Source: Planctomycetota bacterium (GTDB lineage Bacteria; Planctomycetota; UBA1135; GCA-002686595). From it: a stretch of DNA of 64,000 nucleotides. The stretch spans positions 1,073 through 65,072 of the forward strand of contig JAJDEW010000017.1 in the NCBI GenBank assembly GCA_029259595.1. Reading direction: 5' to 3'. The position numbers were made by a program, and so were the translations under genes. Shown piece by piece: positions 37,836 through 46,093 of the stretch. The notes under the pieces were generated by a model. It made no database searches. It was not told the origin of the DNA and was given only the letters and a program-made list of their open reading frames with translations. The first letter of the stretch is position 1, and each line of letters starts with the position of its first letter.

Positions 37836-39497
37836 ATGCTCTCGAATGAGGCTCGTACCGACCTCACGTGGCTCGAGCGCGTTGGAGTCGCCCTCCTGAT
37901 CCTGGCTGCGTTCGTCCCGCGTGTGCGCGACCTCGGTGCGACCTTCGATCGCTCCGTGGAAGGCTTCCAGGGGAGCTGCATCGCGACGTATGCGGTGAAC
38001 TACGAGCGCCTGGGAATCGGGGCCTTCGGCGGCTACCCGGTCTTCAACATCGACCTGCCGACCGACCCGGAGCGGACGCCGTACGTCTACGCCAACCATC
38101 CACCACCGATGTACCTCGTCGCGTGGCTCGGCATCCGCCTGTTCGGACCTGATGGCTGGGACACCGCCTGGGAACGCGGCGCTCCTCCCGCGAACATCGA
38201 AGGCGCGATGCGGATCCCGTTCTTCCTCGGGCACGTGCTGTTTCTCTTCGGTCTGTGGTGGGCCGTGCGACAAGGAGGTGGAGCGAGGCTGTCGTTCCTG
38301 ACGCTCGCCTTCGCGGGCGTGCTCCCTGTTGCCATCGTCTTCTCGACGCTCGTGAACTACGAGAACCTCTGGCTCGCGCCCGTCGTCTTCGCCTTCGGGT
38401 TCCATGCGCGCTTTCTCCAGTCGGGTCGCATCGTGGACCTGGCGTGCGTCGCGCTGCTCTTCGGGCTCGCGTCCACGATCACGTTCATGCCCGTCATGTT
38501 CCTGCCCGGGCTCGTGCTCCAGACCCTGTTCCGGCGCGGATGGGGACAGGCGCTCTTTCAGGGAGCCGTCATCGGTGCGGCCGCTCTCGCGCCGCTCATC
38601 GCGCACGGGCTCTGGGTCGGACAGGTCTTGGGGGACACGGAGGCTCAGGGAGTCTGGACGCGGGCAAAAGACATGCTGGCCCCGCTCTTCGACGGGAGCC
38701 TGCCCTTGACGGAATGGGTCCGGCGCCAGGGAGTGCGCTTCAACTGGTTCTTCTCCGAGCCGCTCTCCTGGGTCGCCATGGCAGGCCTTGGAATCGCGCT
38801 CGCGGATGGTCTACGGGGACGGCGACGCGAGGTCGACCCGGCGGGCGTGTCGCTGGCGCTACCGTTCACCGCGGGCGGCGTCTTGGTCTTCCTGCTCTTC
38901 TACAAGCACACGTGGGACGGCGACCGGGCGGACAACGGCCAGACGCTCTTTCTCATGAACCTCATCCCGGCTGCGGCCGTCCTCGCGGCGACGTTCTTCG
39001 ATCGCATCGCGCCCGCGCTCTACCGCTTGCGGGGCGGAGTGGCGCCGCTCGTCTTGCTGGTCGGCATGGTCGCGTTTCCGGCGCTGATGCGAGCGGGCAC
39101 GATCCGACACGCCTGGCGCGGTGCGGGTCCCCACGATGATCCGTCGGTCGCCGCGGGCCCTCCCACGCCGCTTCCGATCACGGCCGGGATGGAGATCGCG
39201 ACACTGCTGCCCGGGGGCTCGATCGGGTTCTATCCGCGCGGGATCGGATTCACGACGGCTGTCTCCTACTACGCCTGGCGGACGCTTCTGCCCGTCGACG
39301 AGGCGACATGGGGCGGCCAGCTCATCTTCCTGGACCACCCACTCGGGATCGCCGATCTCCCGCGCTACTTCGTCATCCCGAAGGACCCGCCTCCCCAGGC
39401 GGCCGACCACGTGCACTATGTCCGCACGAAGCTGGCGGCGGAGTTCGACATGCTGAGCGAGACCCAGCACTACGAGCTCTGGCCCTCGTTCGAATAG
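37836..39497 (+). CDS. Polytopic membrane protein, putative GT-C-fold glycosyltransferase (ArnT/PMT-like).
   Basis: ORF track gives 37434..39497. Likely start is ATG 37836 (MLSNEARTDLTWLERVGVALLILAAF). About 11-13 TM helices with periplasmic loops. The family assignment is tentative. Confidence 0.5.
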   Translation: MLSNEARTDLTWLERVGVALLILAAFVPRVRDLGATFDRSVEGFQGSCIATYAVNYERLGIGAFGGYPVFNIDLPTDPERTPYVYANHPPPMYLVAWLGIRLFGPDGWDTAWERGAPPANIEGAMRIPFFLGHVLFLFGLWWAVRQGGGARLSFLTLAFAGVLPVAIVFSTLVNYENLWLAPVVFAFGFHARFLQSGRIVDLACVALLFGLASTITFMPVMFLPGLVLQTLFRRGWGQALFQGAVIGAAALAPLIAHGLWVGQVLGDTEAQGVWTRAKDMLAPLFDGSLPLTEWVRRQGVRFNWFFSEPLSWVAMAGLGIALADGLRGRRREVDPAGVSLALPFTAGGVLVFLLFYKHTWDGDRADNGQTLFLMNLIPAAAVLAATFFDRIAPALYRLRGGVAPLVLLVGMVAFPALMRAGTIRHAWRGAGPHDDPSVAAGPPTPLPITAGMEIATLLPGGSIGFYPRGIGFTTAVSYYAWRTLLPVDEATWGGQLIFLDHPLGIADLPRYFVIPKDPPPQAADHVHYVRTKLAAEFDMLSETQHYELWPSFE

Positions 39498-39503
39498 GCC
39501 GCT

Positions 39504-40205
39504 TCAGGCCCTTGGACCGCCACGGAAGAGCGGCAGCAACGTCCCTTCGAGCTTCCCGTAGAGTTCCGCGGTCGCCTTGACGTCGCGCAGACAATACTCG
39601 CCGATCTCGTCGATCCGCCCTTCGCGGTAGGCGCGCCCGACCTGGCTTCCGTCGATCGAGCCCTTCGGGCTCTCGATGTCGAAGCGCCGGCACCAATAGT
39701 CGAGTGAGTAACGATCCCGCCAGGCTCCCATGAAGCAAAAGACGTCCATGAGGTCGCAGTGGGAGTCGATCATGTAGCGATTGGGGACGAGATTGATCGA
39801 GGGTGCGATGCCGAGCTGCGAGGAGCGGATCATCAGGATCGGCCCGTCATAGCCGCGCCCGTTGTAGGAGACCATCCGCGGTCGCTTGCGTCCTACGATC
39901 TCCCAGAAGCGCTCGAGCAGCTCCGTCTCGCTTCCTCGCACGACATCCGAACCAGGTACGCGTTCCCACTCGTGCTGCGGCTGACTGTCCCCTTCCAGGA
40001 GAATGAGCCCGCGCCCCTTTTCCACGTTCCACATCCCGATCGCGATGACCTTGCCCAGCCCAGGGAACAACGCCGTGCGCTCGGGGGTCGCTTCGAGCTC
40101 GCGTTCGTCACGCGCTCGCTGCAAGAGGTAGCCCCGGGTGATCTCGTCGACGTCATCCCACTGGAATCCGGCGACCTCGATGTCGAAGACAATCGTTGCG
40201 GACAT
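39504..40205 (-). CDS. RNase H-like 3'-5' exonuclease (PolB-exonuclease-domain-like, COG3298/YprB-like).
   Basis: Exo I motif VFDIEVAGF, and the YNGRGYDGPIL and YCLRDV motifs. Confidence 0.6.
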   Translation of the reverse strand: MSATIVFDIEVAGFQWDDVDEITRGYLLQRARDERELEATPERTALFPGLGKVIAIGMWNVEKGRGLILLEGDSQPQHEWERVPGSDVVRGSETELLERFWEIVGRKRPRMVSYNGRGYDGPILMIRSSQLGIAPSINLVPNRYMIDSHCDLMDVFCFMGAWRDRYSLDYWCRRFDIESPKGSIDGSQVGRAYREGRIDEIGEYCLRDVKATAELYGKLEGTLLPLFRGGPRA

Positions 40206-40247
40206 GGCCCAAGAGTACAGGCCGTGTCGCCGAAACGAAGCCGGGAA

Positions 40248-42440
40248 TCAGGCCTGCGCGGGAGCCCGGAAGGCGGCCTGCCGAGCGCGCCAGCCGAGGG
40301 CCGCAGCGAGGAGCAGCATCCACCAGCCCCCGAGGAGAACTCGACCGACATCGGGCGGGCCGCTGACGGGAACCATGCGGCACGAGCCACCGCCGCCGCT
40401 GGACGAGCTGCGGAAGGCGAACACACCGCTCAAGACGGCGGCTTGGGCCGAGGCCGCATCGCGCACGACGATCGCGGACGGCCCGGCCGGATGCTCGGGC
40501 GTGACGACCTCGATCGTCGTCGCGTCGATCCGATTGACGGACGCTGCCGCGATGCCTCCCTCGCCGGTGACCGGGTCCACGCCGAAGAAGACCGCCACCG
40601 AGGTCGGGAAGTCGGTCCCGGTCAAGGTCAGGGTCTCGCCACCGATCGGCTTGCCCGAGGCCGGTGAGACGTCCGACAGCTCGGGGTCGGGCGTGACGGC
40701 GTACGCGAAGGCGGCGGTCGCGATGCCACCGCCCGGATTCTCCACCTCCAGAGTCTGCGCGCCGGCAGGGCCACCCTGCGTCGAGAACGTCAGCGTCGTC
40801 CCGTCTTCGACTTCGACGCTGCTCTGGACCACCCCGTTCAGGCGGACGATGGCGCCCGCCTGCAGGTTCGAGCCGGTCAGGCTGACCTCCGTACCTCCGG
40901 CCGCTTGTCCGGCGTCCGGGAAGACCGTCGTCACCGCGGGCAGGTCTGCGGTCTGGAAGGCGCTGGTGACGCGATCCTCGGAACCGCTCGGATCGATGAC
41001 GACGACGTCGTGCGTTCCGAGCAGGGTCGGCCTCGTCACGAGCGTGATGGTCGTGTCGTCTTCGACGGTCGCGTCGATTCCGTCGGTATAGAAGACGTCG
41101 CCGATGACGACGCGCGAGCCGGCCACGAAGTCCGTGCCTTGGATGGTGACGGGCGTTCCGCCCGACGTGCTGCCCTGCACGGGAATGACGCCGGTCACGA
41201 CCGGAGCCGGCGGCGTGATCTCGATCCCGGCTGTCAGAATGCTCACATCACCGGACGCATTCGTCACGGTGAGATCGAAGTGCCCGAGCGGCTCCAGGGA
41301 CGGGACGGTCGCGAGGAACGACACCTGGGATCCGAACCAGGTCACGGCGGAGAGGACGACGTCCGGGTCGCTGGCGGTCAGGGTCGAGCCGGGGAAGAGG
41401 CCGTTGCCGCGCAGCGTGATGCTCGTTCCCGTTCCTCGCTCGGCTCGAATCGGAAAGATGTCGCTGGACGTCCCCAGGTTGAGCGCGACGTCAGCTCCAA
41501 CCACGATGTCTCCCAGGCCGACCAGGTTCGTGCCCGTGATCGTCGCCATCGTTCCGTGCACGGTCGCTTCGAAGTCCGTCTCAACGGTGATGCCGCCCAG
41601 GTTGAAGCCTCCGACCGGGCTGTCGAGCGGCGAAGCATAGATCGTGTAGGTACCGGGCTCGAGACCGCGCAGATCGAAATTGCCGGTCGCCGAGCTGAGG
41701 ATGGCCGCATCCGTGCGCCCCTCGTCGTCGAGCGCGACGACATGCGCCCCCTGGACACCCGTTCCGTCGGATGCGCGGAGAATGCGACCGGTGATGCGTC
41801 CGAAGCCGCCTTGCGGATAGGCGTGGCGCAGACCTCGCACCTCGTCCTCGGACAGGCTACGGTGCAGGACGACCGTCGGATCGACGTACGGATACATCGT
41901 CCCACTCGCCCAACCCGAGTGATCCAGGCCAAGCAGGTGTCCGAGCTCGTGGGCCGCGACGTCTTGGATGTCGAAGGCGCCCGGCGCACCCGAAGTCGTG
42001 AAGTCGAAGTCGTCGCCGTTGAAGATGATGTCGGCGTCGGTGATCCGCCCGTCCAGGAAGAACCAGAGCGGTGTGATCGCAACGATCCCGTTGCCACCGA
42101 AGTAGCCGCTGGCGTTCAGCTCGTCGAACATCACCAGGTGGATGTTGTCCGAGGCGTAGTCCGTGCGGGCCTGCTGCGCGGGAGTCGTGTTCTCGACCAG
42201 CCTGGCGCTCGTTCCGGAAACCGCGTTCCAGTCCTCGATGGCCATCCGGACGGCCAGCTCATCGCTCTGGTCGGGAATGTCGTCGGACCCGTCCGACTGG
42301 ACCACGATCGAGATGTTCGCCGGAGCCGACCAACGCAGGGGGTTGCCGGTGGACGTCTGCAGGCGGACGTGTGCCACTCCCAGCGCGGCGAAAGTGACGA
42401 GGGAGAGAGTGACGTAGGTGAAGCGGCGCGAGCGAATCAC
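40248..42440 (-). CDS. Secreted metzincin (matrixin/M10-like) zinc metalloprotease with multiple TIG/IPT beta-sandwich domains and a MYXO-CTERM-like C-terminal sorting tail.
   Basis: HELGHLLGLDHS plus a Met-turn (GTMYPY). Repeated Ig-like segments (PVVTGVIPVQGSTSGGTPVTIQGTDF, VTTVFPDAGQAAGGTEVSLTGSNL, LSDVSPASGKPIGGETLTLTGTDF). C-terminus ...GGGGSC-(TM helix)-RARQ. The GTG start overlaps the upstream stop. Confidence 0.75.
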   Translation of the reverse strand: MIRSRRFTYVTLSLVTFAALGVAHVRLQTSTGNPLRWSAPANISIVVQSDGSDDIPDQSDELAVRMAIEDWNAVSGTSARLVENTTPAQQARTDYASDNIHLVMFDELNASGYFGGNGIVAITPLWFFLDGRITDADIIFNGDDFDFTTSGAPGAFDIQDVAAHELGHLLGLDHSGWASGTMYPYVDPTVVLHRSLSEDEVRGLRHAYPQGGFGRITGRILRASDGTGVQGAHVVALDDEGRTDAAILSSATGNFDLRGLEPGTYTIYASPLDSPVGGFNLGGITVETDFEATVHGTMATITGTNLVGLGDIVVGADVALNLGTSSDIFPIRAERGTGTSITLRGNGLFPGSTLTASDPDVVLSAVTWFGSQVSFLATVPSLEPLGHFDLTVTNASGDVSILTAGIEITPPAPVVTGVIPVQGSTSGGTPVTIQGTDFVAGSRVVIGDVFYTDGIDATVEDDTTITLVTRPTLLGTHDVVVIDPSGSEDRVTSAFQTADLPAVTTVFPDAGQAAGGTEVSLTGSNLQAGAIVRLNGVVQSSVEVEDGTTLTFSTQGGPAGAQTLEVENPGGGIATAAFAYAVTPDPELSDVSPASGKPIGGETLTLTGTDFPTSVAVFFGVDPVTGEGGIAAASVNRIDATTIEVVTPEHPAGPSAIVVRDAASAQAAVLSGVFAFRSSSSGGGGSCRMVPVSGPPDVGRVLLGGWWMLLLAAALGWRARQAAFRAPAQA

Positions 42441-43012
42441 CGGCCGCTCCTCTTGGCGACAAGTGCCGCTTCGATGCGCGCGACGACTTCCGCGTACTCG
42501 CGAACGACCAGCCCGTTGCCCGAGGTCACGACTCCGCTCGGTACATCGACCAGCGAAACGCCGACGGAACCGCGTACGAGCCGCTTCATGCCGGCGTCAT
42601 CGCTGCGCACCTCGAACTTGCCCTGCGCGAGTCCGATCGGCATGCGCACACCGTTCGTCTCCCGCGACAGGAACAAGAGCGAGCGGTCGCCGGCCGCGAT
42701 ATGCGGCATTCCGGCCAGCATCAAGCCGCGACCATCGTCCAGCACGCCACCCGGAACACGGATCGTACGGTATTCGATGTCGCTGCCCTGGAAGGTCCGT
42801 TCGACCTGGACCAGGTACTCCGTCTCGATGCGTCCGTTCGCCTCGACCGAACGCTGACTCAGGATGCGCCCCTCGACGATGAGCTCCGCACACTCGACGA
42901 GGTCCTCGAGCTCCATGCGAACCGCCGTGCCGGCAGAAACGCGAGTCGAATCGTGGGGACCGAAGATGATCCAGGCGAACACACAGGTGAAGAGAGCACT
43001 GAAGAAGCGCAT
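42437..43012 (-). CDS. Secreted hypothetical protein, translationally coupled (GTGA overlap) to the downstream metalloprotease.
   Basis: ORF track gives 42437..43063. Plausible start is MRFFSALFTCVFAWIIFG (signal-peptide-like). No recognisable domain. Confidence 0.45.
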   Translation of the reverse strand: MRFFSALFTCVFAWIIFGPHDSTRVSAGTAVRMELEDLVECAELIVEGRILSQRSVEANGRIETEYLVQVERTFQGSDIEYRTIRVPGGVLDDGRGLMLAGMPHIAAGDRSLLFLSRETNGVRMPIGLAQGKFEVRSDDAGMKRLVRGSVGVSLVDVPSGVVTSGNGLVVREYAEVVARIEAALVAKRSGR

Positions 43013-43278
43013 GAGGTCGTCGCGTGGGGTCGGGGAGAAGGCCTCGGGGCGAGGCACAGGCACAGGCCTCCCAATCGGATGGCCGCGCGACGCGTCTTGA
43101 GGCGCGCACGTTCGCCTTTCGGCGCGATCCGTCCGCTCGCCCCTGACCGGGACACAGGGAATCGGATTCCCACTGGCACACGCGCTTGTCGATCCCCGGC
43201 GATCCCCCGGGGATTCGCCGGATTCCCGACCCTCGCCAGGGAGACACGGTAGCTTTCCTTCGTAGGACGCCCCTCCCC

Positions 43279-43614
43279 ATGGATCCCTTACAAGTCATCG
43301 ACGGCTACTGCCAACGCTACGGCGTTTCGAGAGAGTTCGGTCTCCGACTCCGTCCCCTCATCGAACGCGCTCTCAAATCCCCGCCCGAGGCCAAGAAGAG
43401 AATTCTCGACATGGTCGAACGGAGCTTTCTGCAGGAAGCGAGCCGCCCCGATGCTCGCAAGGACACGATGAAGCACCTGCCAGAAGCAGATCGCAAGATC
43501 CTCTCGACGGTCGCCAACATTCTCCACAACTGGGAGCCTCCCAAGTGGCTGAAGTACTGGGGCGAGCTCCGCAAGGGTGGCTTCGGCAAGCTACCGCCCG
43601 AACCGCAGGAGTAG
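43279..43614 (+). CDS. Hypothetical small protein.
   Basis: ORF track gives 43186..43614. Plausible start is ATG 43279 (MDPLQVIDGYCQRYG). GC3-rich with no recognisable domain. Confidence 0.4.
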   Translation: MDPLQVIDGYCQRYGVSREFGLRLRPLIERALKSPPEAKKRILDMVERSFLQEASRPDARKDTMKHLPEADRKILSTVANILHNWEPPKWLKYWGELRKGGFGKLPPEPQE

Positions 43615-43721
43615 TGCCGCATTACGGCGCAACGGACGCGCGCTCCGTTACGTGACCTGGCCTCCACGGCAAGGTGCATGGACGACGCGTCTGGACGGAC
43701 CTTGCGTCCTCGAAGTGCAGG

Positions 43722-45011
43722 TCAGCGACGCTCGGACAGGGTCGCGCGCAACTCGCGAATGGCGGCTCGTAGGTCCATCACCTCGGCGCGGAGCTCTTCC
43801 AGCTCGCCTGTGACGCCCTTCGAAGCGCGCTGAACGAACGGCAGGGCACCGAAGCGTTCGCGCGGCGCTTGAAGTCCCTCGCGAAGACGGTCGAGCAAGG
43901 TCTCGCGCTCTGCTCGCCACCGCAGCCAGTTCTCCCGCGCCGTCTCGACCTCGGACTGCCAGCGGGAACGCAGGTCGGGATCGAGCGCCTGCTCCTCGGC
44001 GCGCAGCCGCTTCTCGGTCCAGTCGCGGAGACTGGAAGAGCGCTTCTCGAGCTCGGAAGAGAGCTCGCGCAGGCGCCGTTCGAAGTTCTCGCTCCACGCG
44101 CTCTGCTCGCGGGCCTGACGCTCGAGGAGCCGTGCCAGGAAGTCGCCGGCCGAGCGGTCCGGACCCTGATCCTGATCGGATCGGTCCTCATCGGGACGGG
44201 CCCCCAACTCCACGGAAACCGAACGCTCTTCCCCGTCGCGCAGGACGTCGACGCGGACCGTGCGACCCGCGGGCAGTTCCGCGAGGCGAGCCCGTAGGGC
44301 CGACTCGTCCGCGATCGCAAGACCGTCGAGGCGAAGGAGCGTGTCCCCTGCTTCCAGACCGGCTCGCTCCGCGGGACCGCCCTCGACCGGGCGGGCGACC
44401 CGCACACCGCCAGCGGGATCGCCGGCGAGGTAGACGCCGAGGTAAGCCGGCGTCGTCTCCCCCCTCGTGTCCTCACGCCCGCTGTCCTCCCCCCAGGCCT
44501 CCCCGGGCGCTACGCGCTGCCAGGAACGGGGCCTCCCGGGCGTGGGAGCGGTGGGCGTCGCGACGCCCTTCTCTTGGTCAGGACGGCGGGAGAGTCGCAG
44601 GGAAACCGACCGCGGCTCACCGTCGCGCTCCAGGCGCAGCCCGATTTCGTCGCCCGGGCGCCGCCCCGCGAGCGCCTGACGCAGGTCCGCGAGGCTACCG
44701 AGCGGCTGGCCTTCCAGCTCGAGCAGACGATCTCCCGGCTCGAGCCCAGCCTGCTCTGCGGCGAAGCCCGCCAGGACTTCGTCGACGACGACCCCGTCGT
44801 CCTGCGCCAGGATCAGAATCCCGAGGTAGGGCTCCGATGCCCCCGGGTCCCGGGAGGCCTCTGCGCCCCCTGGCTCGGATTCAGGCGCAGCCCGGGCTGG
44901 CTCCTGGGTCTCGGCGGGAACCGTCCGGGGAGCTTCCTCGGATGCGGGAAGGGCGGAGGGAGCGGGGTCTTGCAGGAGTGTGAGCAGCAGAGCGCCGGCA
45001 AGTCGGGTCAT
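43722..45011 (-). CDS. Secreted protein with two PDZ domains and a C-terminal coiled coil.
   Basis: ORF track gives 43722..45308, but the upstream part overlaps the cupredoxin gene. The start is ATG 45011 (MTRLAGALLLTLLQ, a signal peptide). PDZ segments YLGILILAQDDGVVVDEVLAGFAAEQAGLEPGDRLLEL and YLGVYLAGDPAGGVRVARPVEGGPAERAGLEAGDTLLRL. Confidence 0.6.
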   Translation of the reverse strand: MTRLAGALLLTLLQDPAPSALPASEEAPRTVPAETQEPARAAPESEPGGAEASRDPGASEPYLGILILAQDDGVVVDEVLAGFAAEQAGLEPGDRLLELEGQPLGSLADLRQALAGRRPGDEIGLRLERDGEPRSVSLRLSRRPDQEKGVATPTAPTPGRPRSWQRVAPGEAWGEDSGREDTRGETTPAYLGVYLAGDPAGGVRVARPVEGGPAERAGLEAGDTLLRLDGLAIADESALRARLAELPAGRTVRVDVLRDGEERSVSVELGARPDEDRSDQDQGPDRSAGDFLARLLERQAREQSAWSENFERRLRELSSELEKRSSSLRDWTEKRLRAEEQALDPDLRSRWQSEVETARENWLRWRAERETLLDRLREGLQAPRERFGALPFVQRASKGVTGELEELRAEVMDLRAAIRELRATLSERR

Positions 45012-45162
45012 GGCAGGGTCCTCGGTTCGCGGGTTCGGCGATGATCGGCGTACGCACGACGACCGCGACCGTGAGGGCTTTCCCGTTCTCCGTAACGCAC
45101 GAGGGCCCCCTCCGAAGAGGGAGCCCTCGTGACCCTGGACCTTCGAGCGGTCGTGCTCGAAC

Positions 45163-46014
45163 TCAGCGGCGGCGGCGGCCGCCGGCGGCCTTCTTGGACG
45201 TCGACGCGCCGACGCCCTGCTTGACCGTGGCTTCCTTGCCGGCTTCGACCGTGAATTCGAACTTGCCCTTGCCGAGCTCCTCGTGCCACCACTCGGCCTT
45301 GTAGTCACCGGCCGGGACGTCCTTCAGCGAGAAGTTGCCCTTGGCGTCGGTGACGGCCCAGTGAGTCGCGTCGGTGACGACCACGTGGCTCTTCATCCAC
45401 GGGTGGATGTCGCACTTGGCTTCGAAACTCTCGGCGTTCTCGAGCTTCTGCTCGAAGTTGGTCCCGCCGGAGACGTTCTTGTTCACGACGTCGTTCTTGC
45501 GCGAGTAGGTGTGAATGTTGTGGTTGACCGGATCGGAGTTCTCGTACTTCAGCGTCGCCCCGACGGGAAGCACGACGACGTGCGGCTCGAAGCGGCAGTT
45601 CTTCTGATCGATGACAACCGGCTCGTCCGGAATCTTGACCTCGACGCCCTTGGCCTCGAGCGTGACCACGATGTTGGCGACGCCGCCCTTGGCTCCGATC
45701 AGGAGCGTGCGGTCTTTCGTGTCGACCTTGTGACCGTCGTGGTCGCAGCCTTCGGATTCCTTCGTGCCGATGGTGAGGTCGGGCTTGGGATCCGGCTTGT
45801 CACCTTCCCAGGAGAACGTACCGCTGACGGAGCCGGCCGTCTCATCGTTCTCGAGCACGCGCTCGAACACGGGCAAGACGATGCTGGGCGCCGCGCCCTC
45901 GGGGCTGCAGCAGGCTGCTTCGCTTTGCGTTTCGCAGCACTCCGTCTTCGGATCGTCGTTCACGGTAGAGAAGGCCGCGGTGCTTACTGCGGCGAGCGAC
46001 AGAAGAACTTTCAT
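45163..46014 (-). CDS. Secreted cupredoxin (type-1 blue copper) domain protein with a Cys-rich N-terminal segment and a C-terminal beta-sandwich domain.
   Basis: Signal peptide MKVLLSLAAVSTAAF. CCETQSEAACC segment. Cupredoxin ligand spacing ...NHNIHTY... and CDIHPWMKSH (Cys-x2-His-x3-Met). The gene is Lys-rich and visibly lower in GC than its neighbours. It is the last gene of the Rieske/cytochrome operon. Confidence 0.6.
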   Translation of the reverse strand: MKVLLSLAAVSTAAFSTVNDDPKTECCETQSEAACCSPEGAAPSIVLPVFERVLENDETAGSVSGTFSWEGDKPDPKPDLTIGTKESEGCDHDGHKVDTKDRTLLIGAKGGVANIVVTLEAKGVEVKIPDEPVVIDQKNCRFEPHVVVLPVGATLKYENSDPVNHNIHTYSRKNDVVNKNVSGGTNFEQKLENAESFEAKCDIHPWMKSHVVVTDATHWAVTDAKGNFSLKDVPAGDYKAEWWHEELGKGKFEFTVEAGKEATVKQGVGASTSKKAAGGRRRR

Positions 46015-46093
46015 GTGGTGAGGTCCTCAGCTTGCTTGATGGGGGTTGTTCGAATTGCGCTCGGAGGTTCCGGCGATTTCGGAATGAGTCCGG

